A stretch of 64,000 nucleotides of DNA from Myxococcales bacterium. GTDB taxonomy: Bacteria > Myxococcota_A > UBA9042. A program made the translations under genes and the position numbers. Below the pieces are notes generated by a model. The model ran no database searches and was not told the origin of the DNA. It saw nothing but the letters and a program-made list of their open reading frames with translations. Positions 17,721-26,900 of the stretch are shown in pieces; within the stretch, counting starts at the first letter, position 1; each line of letters starts with the position of its first letter. The stretch covers positions 128,285 through 192,284 of the forward strand of contig CANLIC010000002.1 in NCBI GenBank assembly GCA_947491025.1, read 5' to 3'.

Positions 17721-19781
17721 CTACTTGTAGTTGGCCTGGTACCACACTTCCATCTCAACCGTGCTCCAGTTGTACGACCCGCAGATGTCGTTTCGGCACG
17801 CGGTGGTGCCGTAGCCGCTCCAACCGTTGTCGCCGTCCACGACCTTGCGGCAGTCATAGTCGTGGCCGAGGTTGCAGTACCCGGTGGCCATGTCGTTGCT
17901 GTTGAAACAGAAGTCGTGCCCGCCGCCGAAGCAGGGCCCGTAGTTGGTGTGGTTGTAGATCGAGTAGCCGTGCGAGAACGTGTTCTGGTGGCCGTGGTAG
18001 AAGTTCTTCTTCACGTACTTGTGGCCATTGTCGAGGTTGAACAAGAACGAACCTTGGCAGTGGCGCGTGTACTCGTTGTAGTTGGCGGTCCACGGGCACG
18101 AGGCGTAGCCGCCGACACGGGCGCCTGTGTTCAGCTTGGCCACGACGACGGTCGGGCCCTTGTTGTTGCAGTTGTTGTGGAAGGCGCCAGCGCTCTTGCC
18201 CTCAGACCAGCGGTGGCAGAGCTTCCACTGCATCGCCGAGTTGCCGAACATCTCATTGATCATCCGACCGTCCGCGGCGGTGACGACCTTGGAGCCGAGG
18301 AACGGGTGCGCGAACGTGATCGGCATCCAGCCGTCGGGCGTGCACAGCTCGACGACACCGCCCTGGTAGCGCATGGTGCCGGCGTTGTTGCTGTCGCAGG
18401 TCACCGCCGATGGGCCAAGGCCAAGGCCAGCCCCCACCCACAGCGTACCGCCCGCGGTGCCGTGGCCATTCTCTTTGCCCCACGCCTTGCCGCCGACGTA
18501 GAGATCGCCGGCGAGATTGACCTTCTTGTTGCTCAGCGTCTTGATCTTGACGTGCCACTTGACGATGGTGCCGTCGACCTTGTTGGCCGGATCGCAGATG
18601 CCAGCGTTGCCCGGCGCCTGGACGATGCAGAACGCCGTGTCGAGGGCCTTGAGGTTCCACAGACCCTTGGGGTTGGCGCCGATCCACTTCAAGAGGTCGC
18701 CGCTCTTCGGCTTGTTCTGGCTGTTGAAGGTGACCTTGTAGTCCTTCTTGTCCTTCTCCCCACAAGGATCGCAGAGCACCCAGCCGGTCTTCTTGTCGTC
18801 GGGCGGAAGGACGGTGAGCGAGAGGGTCGAGAGGTCGGTGTTGGAGACTTCGACGTAGATCTCAAAGTCCTGCGTGGTGCCAATGTCCGGGAAGTCCAGC
18901 GTCGCGTTGGCCTCAGAGCCGGTGTTGTCCGGGATCTTGATGCCGGACTGGCCGACGATGACGTCGTCAAACTGGTTGCTCAGCAGGTTGTTCGAGATCT
19001 CGTTGAGGCCGTCCTTCGGCAGCGCCGCCGGGTCGAGCGACGCCACGCACTTCAGGCTGCCGTCGGCGTTGATGCCCTTGACCACCTCACCAGCGACCTT
19101 GCACTCGCCAGCCGGCGTCTTCAGGCCCGTCAGCTTGCTGCCGTCGCCGACGAACTCCGCCGCCGCCACCGTGCCCGAGAACGTGCCGTTCTTGGCCTTG
19201 AACGAGTTGCCGGCGAGGTCGACATCGCCGTCGAACTTCAGATCGCTGACGTTGACGCAGCCGCTGCACTCGACGTCAGCTGCCGCGCCACCCTTGGTCG
19301 CGGAGCCGGCATAGTTGAAGCCCACCTTCGCCGCCGCCACGCCACCGTTGGCGAGGTGGTCGGAGCCGATGCAACCCACGCAGCTCACCTTGCCGGCCTC
19401 GGTGGCCACCAGCGCCATCAGCGACCCGTGCAGGCGCTGCCGGGGCAGCTCGGGATCGCTAGCCACCTTCATACCGAGCCACTGCTCCTTGAGCGCCGCC
19501 ACCTTGGCGAGGTCGAGCGGCGTCGCGGAGCCGAGGGCGTGGCTGAAGCGGCCACCGGTCACCTTGACCTTCGCCGTCTCCGTCCACGTCGCAGTGCCGC
19601 CGCTGTTGGCTTCGTAGATGGCGAAGGCGACGTCATAGTCACCGTCCGCCGCCGCCGAGCCGCCGGAGCTGAGCAGGGCGCCGTCGATGAGGGAGGTGGT
19701 CGGCAGTGCGGCGAGGGCCGGCGCGGCCCAAAGAAGTGCCGCCATGAGGGTCGCCCGAAGGCCAGCGCTGAGGGTTCGCAT
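17721..19781 (-). CDS. Secreted fibre-like protein A: conserved stalk, P-domain-like module and TLDc-like C-terminal head
   Basis: Start set at the ATG at 19781 (MRTLSAGLRATLMAALLWAAPALA|ALPTTSL) after GGAG. It has CxGC motifs, FVGDGSKLTG and a proprotein-convertase P-domain-like block (IPDNTG...TDLSTLSLTVLPP...GLWNLKALD...GTIVKWHVKI). The C-terminus reads WKLCHRWSEGKSAGAFHNNCNNKGPTVVVAKL...GGYASCPW...GSFLFNL...GPCFGGGHDFCF. Confidence 0.8.
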   Translation of the reverse strand: MRTLSAGLRATLMAALLWAAPALAALPTTSLIDGALLSSGGSAAADGDYDVAFAIYEANSGGTATWTETAKVKVTGGRFSHALGSATPLDLAKVAALKEQWLGMKVASDPELPRQRLHGSLMALVATEAGKVSCVGCIGSDHLANGGVAAAKVGFNYAGSATKGGAAADVECSGCVNVSDLKFDGDVDLAGNSFKAKNGTFSGTVAAAEFVGDGSKLTGLKTPAGECKVAGEVVKGINADGSLKCVASLDPAALPKDGLNEISNNLLSNQFDDVIVGQSGIKIPDNTGSEANATLDFPDIGTTQDFEIYVEVSNTDLSTLSLTVLPPDDKKTGWVLCDPCGEKDKKDYKVTFNSQNKPKSGDLLKWIGANPKGLWNLKALDTAFCIVQAPGNAGICDPANKVDGTIVKWHVKIKTLSNKKVNLAGDLYVGGKAWGKENGHGTAGGTLWVGAGLGLGPSAVTCDSNNAGTMRYQGGVVELCTPDGWMPITFAHPFLGSKVVTAADGRMINEMFGNSAMQWKLCHRWSEGKSAGAFHNNCNNKGPTVVVAKLNTGARVGGYASCPWTANYNEYTRHCQGSFLFNLDNGHKYVKKNFYHGHQNTFSHGYSIYNHTNYGPCFGGGHDFCFNSNDMATGYCNLGHDYDCRKVVDGDNGWSGYGTTACRNDICGSYNWSTVEMEVWYQANYK

Positions 19782-19854
19782 GGTCCCAATCTCCAACTTG
19801 AGCCGGAGGTCCGCTCAAGTGCGTCCGCGGACTGCTGCGGCTCGCGAAGCTTCG

Positions 19855-21804
19855 CTACTTCGACAGCGGTCCGACGTAGTGAATCTGGTAGCGGCTGTGG
19901 TGCCCGTTCGCATTCCAGCTGTGGAACGGGTAAGGGTTGCAGCTGCCCGAGTAGTACTGAACGTAGAACGAGTCACCCGCCTTGAGCGGCCACACCTGGT
20001 CGACCTGAATGTGATGCCAGCTGGCGTCGTGGTTGTGCTCGTGAGTGTAGTAGCGGCTCGTGCCGTTGATGATGAGCTGCACGTGCTTGTGGCCGCAGCC
20101 ATGCGAGATGCCCCAGCTGTGGATGCGGTAGTAGCCAGAGATCTTCACCTTGACCGTCGCGCCGCCGTCGATCGTCAAGTAGTCCTGCGCGGTGTTCCAC
20201 TCGGTGGCATTGGTGCAGTAGTCGTACCAACCGGAGTGACCCGCCGGCTGGTTGGTACAACCGCCAGACCACATCACCGGCACCGAGGTTGCAGGGCGCC
20301 AGACGTAGCCAGCGACCTTGTCCGCGTTGTCGATGTTGGCGTCACAGACCTGCATGCCGAGCTTGGTGTCCCAACGAAGCGTGCCCACCGCGGCGGCGTC
20401 GCACGTCGGCTTGGCGTCCGCAAGCTTCACGTAGGCGTTGGCAATGTGGAGCTGGCCACCGGGATTGCCGTGGCCGTTGTCCTTGCCCCAGAGCTTGCCG
20501 GCGATGTAGACGTCACCGTTGAGGTTCACCTTCTTGCTCGACAAGGTCTTGATCTTGATGTGCCACTTCACGATGGATCCGTCGGTTTTCGCGGCGACAT
20601 CGCAGATCGCGGCGTTGCCCGGCGCCTGAACGAGGCAGAAGGCGGTGTCGAGGGCCTTGAGGTTCCAGACGCCCTTCGGGTTGGCGCCGATCCACTTCAG
20701 CAGATCGCCGCTGGCCGGCTTGTTCTGGCTGTTGAAGGTCACCTTGTAGGTCTTCTCGTCCTTCTTGCCGCAGGGGTCGCAGAGCTTCCAGCCGGTCTTC
20801 TTGTCGTCCGGCGGCAGCACGGTCAGCGCGAGCGTAGACAGGTCCGTGTTGGCCACCTCGACGTAGAGCTCGAAGTCCTGGCTGAGGCCGATGTCCGGGA
20901 AGTCCAGGGTTGCGTTGGCGTCGGCGCCCGTGTTGTCGGGGATCTTGACGCCAGCGGCGCCGGCGATGGTGTCCTCGAACTGGTTGCTCAACAGATCGTT
21001 CGAGATCTCGTTGAGGCCGTCCTTCGGCAGCGCCGCCGGGTCGAGCGACGCCACGCACTTGAGCGAGCCGTCGGCGTTGATGCCCTTGACCACCTCGCCA
21101 GCGACCTTGCACTCGCCGGCGGGTGTGGCGATGCCGGTGAGCTTGCTGCCGTCGCCGACGAACGCGGCCGCGGTGACGTTCTTGGCCGTCACATCGCCGC
21201 TGAAGGTGCCGTTCTTGGCCTTGAGCGAGTTGCCGCCGAGATCGACATCGCCGTCGAAGCTGAGCTCGGCGACGCCGACGCAGCCGGTGCAATCGAGGTC
21301 GGCCGCCGCGCCGCCCTTGGTCGCAGCGCCGGCGTAGTTGAAGCCCACCTTGGCGGCGGCGATGCTACCATTGGCGACGTGGTTCGAGCCCACGCAGCCG
21401 TCGCAGGTCACCGACAGCGCCGTGTTGGCGACGAGGCTGGTCAGCGCAGCGTGCACGGCCTGGCGGGGAAGCTCCGGGTCGTTGCCGACCTTGACGCCTA
21501 GGAAGTGCCCGGCCAGCGGCAGGAGCTTCGAGAGGTCGATGGGCTTCACGCTGCCGAGGGCGTGGGTGAAGCGGCCCCCGGCGACCTTGATCTTCGCCGT
21601 CTCCGACCAAGCAGCGTTGCCGCCCTGGATCTCCGCGTAGATCGCGAAGGTCACGTCGTAGTCGCCGTCCGCCGCCGGCGAGCCGCCGGTGGAGGTCAGG
21701 ACGCCGTCGACAAGGGAGGTCGTCGGCAGCGCTGCGAGGGCCATTGCCGGCGCCAACGTGAGCGCCAGGGTCAGCAGATGCATGATCGGACTTGAGCGTC
21801 GCAT
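19855..21804 (-). CDS. Secreted fibre-like protein B: conserved stalk, P-domain-like module and C1q/TNF-like C-terminal head
   Basis: Start set at the ATG at 21804 (MRRSSPIMHLLTLALTLAPAMALA|ALPTTSL) after GGAAGGAGA. The stalk is about 90% identical to C at nucleotide level by eye. The C-terminus reads ISGYYRIHSW...HVQLIINGTS...LKAGDSFYVQYY...SRYQIHYVG. Confidence 0.8.
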   Translation of the reverse strand: MRRSSPIMHLLTLALTLAPAMALAALPTTSLVDGVLTSTGGSPAADGDYDVTFAIYAEIQGGNAAWSETAKIKVAGGRFTHALGSVKPIDLSKLLPLAGHFLGVKVGNDPELPRQAVHAALTSLVANTALSVTCDGCVGSNHVANGSIAAAKVGFNYAGAATKGGAAADLDCTGCVGVAELSFDGDVDLGGNSLKAKNGTFSGDVTAKNVTAAAFVGDGSKLTGIATPAGECKVAGEVVKGINADGSLKCVASLDPAALPKDGLNEISNDLLSNQFEDTIAGAAGVKIPDNTGADANATLDFPDIGLSQDFELYVEVANTDLSTLALTVLPPDDKKTGWKLCDPCGKKDEKTYKVTFNSQNKPASGDLLKWIGANPKGVWNLKALDTAFCLVQAPGNAAICDVAAKTDGSIVKWHIKIKTLSSKKVNLNGDVYIAGKLWGKDNGHGNPGGQLHIANAYVKLADAKPTCDAAAVGTLRWDTKLGMQVCDANIDNADKVAGYVWRPATSVPVMWSGGCTNQPAGHSGWYDYCTNATEWNTAQDYLTIDGGATVKVKISGYYRIHSWGISHGCGHKHVQLIINGTSRYYTHEHNHDASWHHIQVDQVWPLKAGDSFYVQYYSGSCNPYPFHSWNANGHHSRYQIHYVGPLSK

Positions 21805-21842
21805 GAGAGTTCTCCTTCCTGCTTGGAATGTCGCGCTGCGGC

Positions 21843-23810
21843 TTAGAACGTGGGCGTCTTGTTCTCGTGCCAGCGTCCGGTGTACTCGATCTGCAGGCGG
21901 CTGTGCGCCGTGCCCGTGTCCCAGTGGTGCCAACGGTGTGGGTTGCAGCCGTCACCGTGGGCCTGGATCTGCACGACGTCACCAGCGCGGAGCGGCCATT
22001 GCAGGTCGGCGTAGTGGCTCGACCAGTTGTGGTTCTCGACGTCGTTGTTGTGGAAGTAGGCGCGCTGGGCCCCGTTGATGAATAGACGCAGATGCTTGCT
22101 GCCGCAACCATACTGGATCGTAAAGAAGTTGAAGCGATAGACGCCGCTCTTCTTGATGGTGACATTGCCTGCACCGGCGTCGCTGATGGTGAGATAGTCG
22201 TCGGCGGTGGTGTAGTCGACCCCGTCGAGGCAGTAGGCGGCCCAGCCGTTCTGACCTGCGGGGTGCGTCTTGCAGCCGCCCGACCACATGACCTTGCGCG
22301 GCACCGCGACGAACCATCCGTGGGTCAGCGTGCCGGCCTTGTCATACTGCTGGTCGCAGACCTGCATGCCGTAAACCGCGTCCCAGCGCATCGTGCCCAC
22401 GCCCTTGGCATCGCAGGTCGGGGTGTCGGACGCCAGCTTGATGTTGGCGTTGGCGATGTGCAGCGCGCCGCCATCGTTGCCGTGGCCGTTGTCCTTGCCC
22501 CAGAGCTTGCCGGCGATGTAAACGTCGCCGTTCAGGTTCACCTTCTTGCTCGACAGCGTCTTGATCCTGATGTGCCACTTGACGATCGAGCCGTCGGTCT
22601 TGGCGGCGACATCGCAGATGGCCGCGTTCCCGGGCGCCTGAACGAGGCAGAACGCGGTGTCGATCGCCTTGAGGTTCCAGGTGCCCTTCGGGTTGCCGCC
22701 GATCCACTTCAGCAGGTCGCCGCTCAAGGGCTTGTTTGCGCTATTGAAGGTCACCTTGTAGGCCTTCTCGTCCTTCTTGCCGCACGGATCGCAGAGCTTC
22801 CAGCCGGTCTTCTTGTCATCTGGCGGCAGAACGGTGAGCGCGAGCGTCGACAGGTCGGTGTTGGCGACCTCGACGTAGAGCTCGAAGTCCTGGCTGACGC
22901 CGATGTCCGGGAAGTCCATGGTCGCGTTGGCCTCTGCGCCCGTGTTGTCCGGAATCTTGACGCCGGCGGCACCCGCGATGGTGTCCTGGAACTGGTTGCT
23001 CAACAGATCGTTCGAGATCTCGTTGAGGCCGTCCTTCGGCAGTGCGCTCGGATCGAGCGCCGCGACGCACTTCAGCGAGCCATCGGCGTTGATGCCCTTG
23101 ACCACCTCCCCGGCGACCTTGCACTCGCCGGCCGGCGTGTTGATGCCGGTCAGCTTGCTGCCGTCGCCGACGAATGCGGCCGCCGTGACGTTCTTGGCCG
23201 TCACGTCGCCGCTGAAGGTGCCGTTCTTGGCCTTGAGCGAGTTGCCGCCGAGGTCGACGTCGCCGTCGAAGCTGAGCTCAGCGACCCCGACGCAGCCGGT
23301 GCAATCGAGGTCCGCGGCCGCGCCACCCTTGGTCGCGGCGCCCGCGTAGTTGAAGCCCACCTTGGCGGCGGCGATGCTGCCATTGGCGACGTGGTTCGAG
23401 CCCACGCAACCGTCGCAGGTCACCGAGAGCGCCGTGTTGGCGACGAGGCTGGTCAGCGCCGCGTGGATGGCCTGACGCGGTAGCTCCGGGTCGCTGCCGA
23501 CCTTGACGCTGAGGAAGTGGCCGTTGAGCGGCAGCAGCTTGCTGAGGTCAATAGGCTTGGCGCTGCCGAGCGCGTGCGTGAAGCGACCCCCGGCGACCTT
23601 TACCTTGGCCGTCTCGGACCAGGCGGCGTTGCCACCTTGGATCTCGCCGTAGATGGCGAAGGCCACGTCGTATTCGCCGTCCGCTGCCGGCGAGCCGCCG
23701 GTGGACGTTAGGACGCCGTCGACGAGCGAGGTCGTCGGCAGCGCCGCGCCCGCCGTCAGGGGCAGTCCCATTGCCGCCACCACGCTCACAAACCAGGTCT
23801 TGATACGCAT
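21843..23810 (-). CDS. Secreted fibre-like protein C: conserved stalk, P-domain-like module and a divergent C1q/TNF-like C-terminal head
   Basis: Start set at the ATG at 23810 (MRIKTWFVSVVAAMGLPLTAGA|ALPTTSL) after GGAGTGA. The C-terminus reads KSGVYRFNFF...HLRLFINGAQ...LRAGDVVQIQAHG...SRLQIEYTG. Confidence 0.8.
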   Translation of the reverse strand: MRIKTWFVSVVAAMGLPLTAGAALPTTSLVDGVLTSTGGSPAADGEYDVAFAIYGEIQGGNAAWSETAKVKVAGGRFTHALGSAKPIDLSKLLPLNGHFLSVKVGSDPELPRQAIHAALTSLVANTALSVTCDGCVGSNHVANGSIAAAKVGFNYAGAATKGGAAADLDCTGCVGVAELSFDGDVDLGGNSLKAKNGTFSGDVTAKNVTAAAFVGDGSKLTGINTPAGECKVAGEVVKGINADGSLKCVAALDPSALPKDGLNEISNDLLSNQFQDTIAGAAGVKIPDNTGAEANATMDFPDIGVSQDFELYVEVANTDLSTLALTVLPPDDKKTGWKLCDPCGKKDEKAYKVTFNSANKPLSGDLLKWIGGNPKGTWNLKAIDTAFCLVQAPGNAAICDVAAKTDGSIVKWHIRIKTLSSKKVNLNGDVYIAGKLWGKDNGHGNDGGALHIANANIKLASDTPTCDAKGVGTMRWDAVYGMQVCDQQYDKAGTLTHGWFVAVPRKVMWSGGCKTHPAGQNGWAAYCLDGVDYTTADDYLTISDAGAGNVTIKKSGVYRFNFFTIQYGCGSKHLRLFINGAQRAYFHNNDVENHNWSSHYADLQWPLRAGDVVQIQAHGDGCNPHRWHHWDTGTAHSRLQIEYTGRWHENKTPTF

Positions 23811-23899
23811 CGCGTCACTCCATGGAAGCCCAACGAACCGCTGGCTTCGCCTCTGTCCACTCGGGGTGCGAGCGACACCGCTCGTCCCGACCCTCTTGG

Positions 23900-23950
23900 G
23901 CGCTGCAGCTCTTCTGCAGCGCGAGTCCAGCAGCGACGACGCCGCTGGAC
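23900..23950 (-). terminator. Two perfect hairpins immediately downstream of the giant Cys-rich gene (candidate terminator or attenuator)
   Basis: GCGCTGCAG-ctctt-CTGCAGCGC lies at 23900-23922. GTCCAGC-(12 nt)-GCTGGAC lies at 23925-23950. They begin 9 nt after the TAG at 23959-23961. No U-tract follows. Confidence 0.35.
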
Positions 23951-23958
23951 TGCCACAC

Positions 23959-26900
23959 CTACTTGCCGAGCAGCGAAAGGACCCAGCCGAAGAAGCCGAA
24001 GTCCGCGCTGTTCTTAGCATCTTGCGGCGCTGGGGCCTTGCCCGCCACGTTGCTCATGCCGATCTGTGCCTGCATGCCGAACTTGTCGCCCTTGCTCGAG
24101 AGCGAGCCGTTGCCGTGCCGCGCCACGAACGCCGTCGGGGCGCAGCCCTCGTCGGTGATACCGTCGCAGTCGTTGTCCTTGCCGTCGCAGAGCTCCTCGG
24201 TCGGGCCCTTGTCGCCCTTGCAGACGCCCAAGGAGCCGTCGGCCTGGCAGAGCTTGACGCCGTCCTTGCACTCGCCCTTGCCGCGTGTCTTGGCGTCGTG
24301 GCTGTAGCAGGCATCCGAGAGGTTGGTGTTGACGACGTTGGCGCAGCCCTTGCTGGTGCTGCAGCTGTCCTCCGTGCAGACATTGCCGTCCTCGCAGGTC
24401 AGCGTCTTGCCCGCGATGCAAACCCACGCGCCGCTGGCGTTCTTGCCGCAGTTGTCGCCCGAGGTGCAGGCGTTGTCGTCGCTGCAGGACTGAATGAGCT
24501 CCTTGAAGCCGCACTTGCCGGTGGTCGTGTCGCAGCTATCGGAGGTGCACGGATTCTTGTCGTCGCAGGTGGTCTGCTTGCCCGCCACGCACTTGCCGGA
24601 CTGGCAGGCGTCGCCCGCGGTGCAGGCGTCGTCGTCGGCGTTGCAGTCCCCGCCCTGCGCGGTGTGGACGCAGCCCAGCTTGGGATCGCAGGAGTCGGCG
24701 GTGCAGGCATTCTTGTCGTCGCAGACCAAGAGCTTGCCGGGCTTGCAAGCGCCGGCGGCGCACGCGTCCTGCGTGGTGCACAGCGACTCATCTGCGTCAC
24801 AGGAGGCGCCGTCGGTTTTGAGCGTTGCGACGCACTTGCCGAGCTTCACGTCGCAGTCGGTCTTCTTGCAGAAGTTGTCCGAAGACGTGTCGCAAGCGAT
24901 CACGGTCACGGGGTTGATCTTGCACTGCTTGTCTTTGTCGCAGAAGAGCGTGCCGTTGCAAGCGTTGCCGTCTTCTTTGCCGGCGCAGTCGAGGTCCTTC
25001 TCGCAGCCGCAGGTGTTGGCGCCGCCCTTGCACTTGCCCTGGACGCAGGCGTCGTTCTGCGTGCAGCTGTTGCCGTCGTCGCAGGTCTTGCCGTCGAGGA
25101 CCTTGTTGAGGCAGCCGGACTTGCTGTCGCAGACGTCGAGCGTGCAGTCGTTGCCGTCGTCGCACTTGACCTTGTCGTTGAACGGCGCGCCCTTGCAGAT
25201 GCCGCCCTGGCAGGCGTCGAGCTCCGTGCAGGCGTCGTCGTCATTGCAGGGGCCCGACAGCGGCGTCGCGACACATCCGGCCTTGGGATCGCAGGCGTCC
25301 GACGTGCAGGTGCTCTTGTCGTCGCAGGTCAGGAGCGGACCGGGCTTGCAGATGCCGTCGGTGCAGGCGTCGGTGGTGGTGCAGACGTTGTCGTCGGCCT
25401 TGCACGGCGTGCCGTCCTTCTCTTTGCTGATGCCGCACTTGCCCGAGGTCGGGTTGCAGGCGTTCTGCTGGCAGGTTGAGTTCAGCGAGGTGTCGCAGTT
25501 GACGACGGTGCCGGGGTTGACCTTGCACTGGAAGGGCTGCGCGGACTTGTCGCAGTACAGCGTGCCGTTGCAGAGGTTGCCGTCTTCTTTGCTGGCGCAG
25601 TCGATGTCGGCGTTGCAGCCGCAGGTGTTGACGCCGGCAGCGCACTTGCCGTCCTTGCAGAAGTCATTCTTGGTGCAAGCGTTGCCGTCGTCGCAGATCG
25701 CGACATCGTCTGCGTTGTGGACGCAGCCCTTCTCGGCGTCGCAGACGTCGGTGGTGCAGGGGTTTCCGTCGTCGCACTTGACCTTGACGTCGATGGGCTG
25801 GCCGGCGCACTTACCCTTGGCGCAGCTGTCGCCGGCGGTGCAAGCGTTGCCATCCTCGCAGTTGGCGCCGTCGCCGACGGACGAGAAGATGCACCCCTTG
25901 ACCGCGTCGCACTGGTCGGTGGTGCAGGGATTCTTGTCATTGCAGTCCAGGTTCTTGCCACCCACGCAGGTGTAGAGCTTGGTGGTCGGTTCGACCCCGC
26001 AGGCGTCGTCGGTCGTGCAGAGGTTGGCGTCGTCGCACTTGTCGACGCGCGGCTTGTTGGCGCACTTGCCCGTCGCCTTCTCGCACAGATCGTCGGTGCA
26101 GAACTCCTTGTCGTCACAGTCCTTGCCCTTGCCGGGGACGCAGGTGCCGCTGGCGCAGACGTCGAGGACGGTGCAGGAGTCGCCGTCGGCGTCGCAGGGC
26201 GTGGTGTTCGGTTTGAACGAGCAGCCGTTCTTTGCGTCGCAGGCGTCGTCTGTGCAGGGGTTCTTGTCGTCGCAGCCAACGAGCGCGCCAGTCTGGCAGG
26301 TGCCGGCCTTGCACTGATCGTCCTTGGTGCACACCGAGCTATCCGAGTCGCAGGGCTTGCCGTCGGTCGCTTGGGTGATCGCGCACTTGCCGGTGGACGC
26401 GTTGCAGGCGTTCTGCTGGCACTCGCCGTTCAGGCTGGTGTCGCAGGCGACCACGGTGGTCGGCTTGACTTTGCACTGGAAGGGCTTGGCGCTGATGTCG
26501 CAGAAGAGCGTGCCGTTGCACAGGTTGCCGTCTTCCTTGGTCGCGCAGTCCTTGTCCGCCTCGCAGCCGCAGTTGTTGGGGCCTGAGATGCACTTGCCGT
26601 TCTGACAGGCGTCGTTGAGCGTGCAGACGTTGCCGTCGTCGCAGGGGCCGGCGATTTTGGGCGTGTGGACGCAGCCGGCCTTGGCCTCGCAGCTGTCGGT
26701 GGTGCAGGCGTCGTTGTCGTTGCAGCTTGCGGTGACATCGATCGCGATGCCGACGCACTTGCCGGCTTCGCAGTTGTCCTTCTGGGTGCAGGAGTCGGCG
26801 TCGTTGCAGGGGCCCGCGGCGGCCTTGTGGAGGCAGCCCGTCGCCGGATCGCAGCTGTCGGCGGTGCATGGGCTGCCGTCGTCGCAGTTCACCGCGCCGC

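Larger units (their letters stand above)
17721..23810 (-). repeat. Tandem triplication of an approximately 2-kb gene (A, B, C)
   Basis: Long stretches are alignable at DNA level. For example, cgagatctcgttgaggccgtccttcggcag... occurs at about 18995, 21001 and 23015. The intergenic gaps are only 73 and 38 bp. Confidence 0.85.

Noticed and set aside
17721-18470. Lower GC in the fibre head regions considered as a signature of horizontal acquisition
   Set aside because: Third codon positions remain mostly G/C (AAC, TAC, CAC, AAG, TTC). The drop is explained by Asn/Tyr/His/Lys/Phe-rich amino-acid composition, so it is not evidence for foreign origin on its own.
17631-23483. Plus-strand ORFs of 784, 604 and 463 aa across the fibre genes (17631..19985, 19687..21501, 22092..23483)
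   Set aside because: They are antisense to the three paralogs. They appear repeated only because the real minus-strand genes are repeated. Their translations are Val/Ala/Gly/Arg-rich with no signal peptides or domains.
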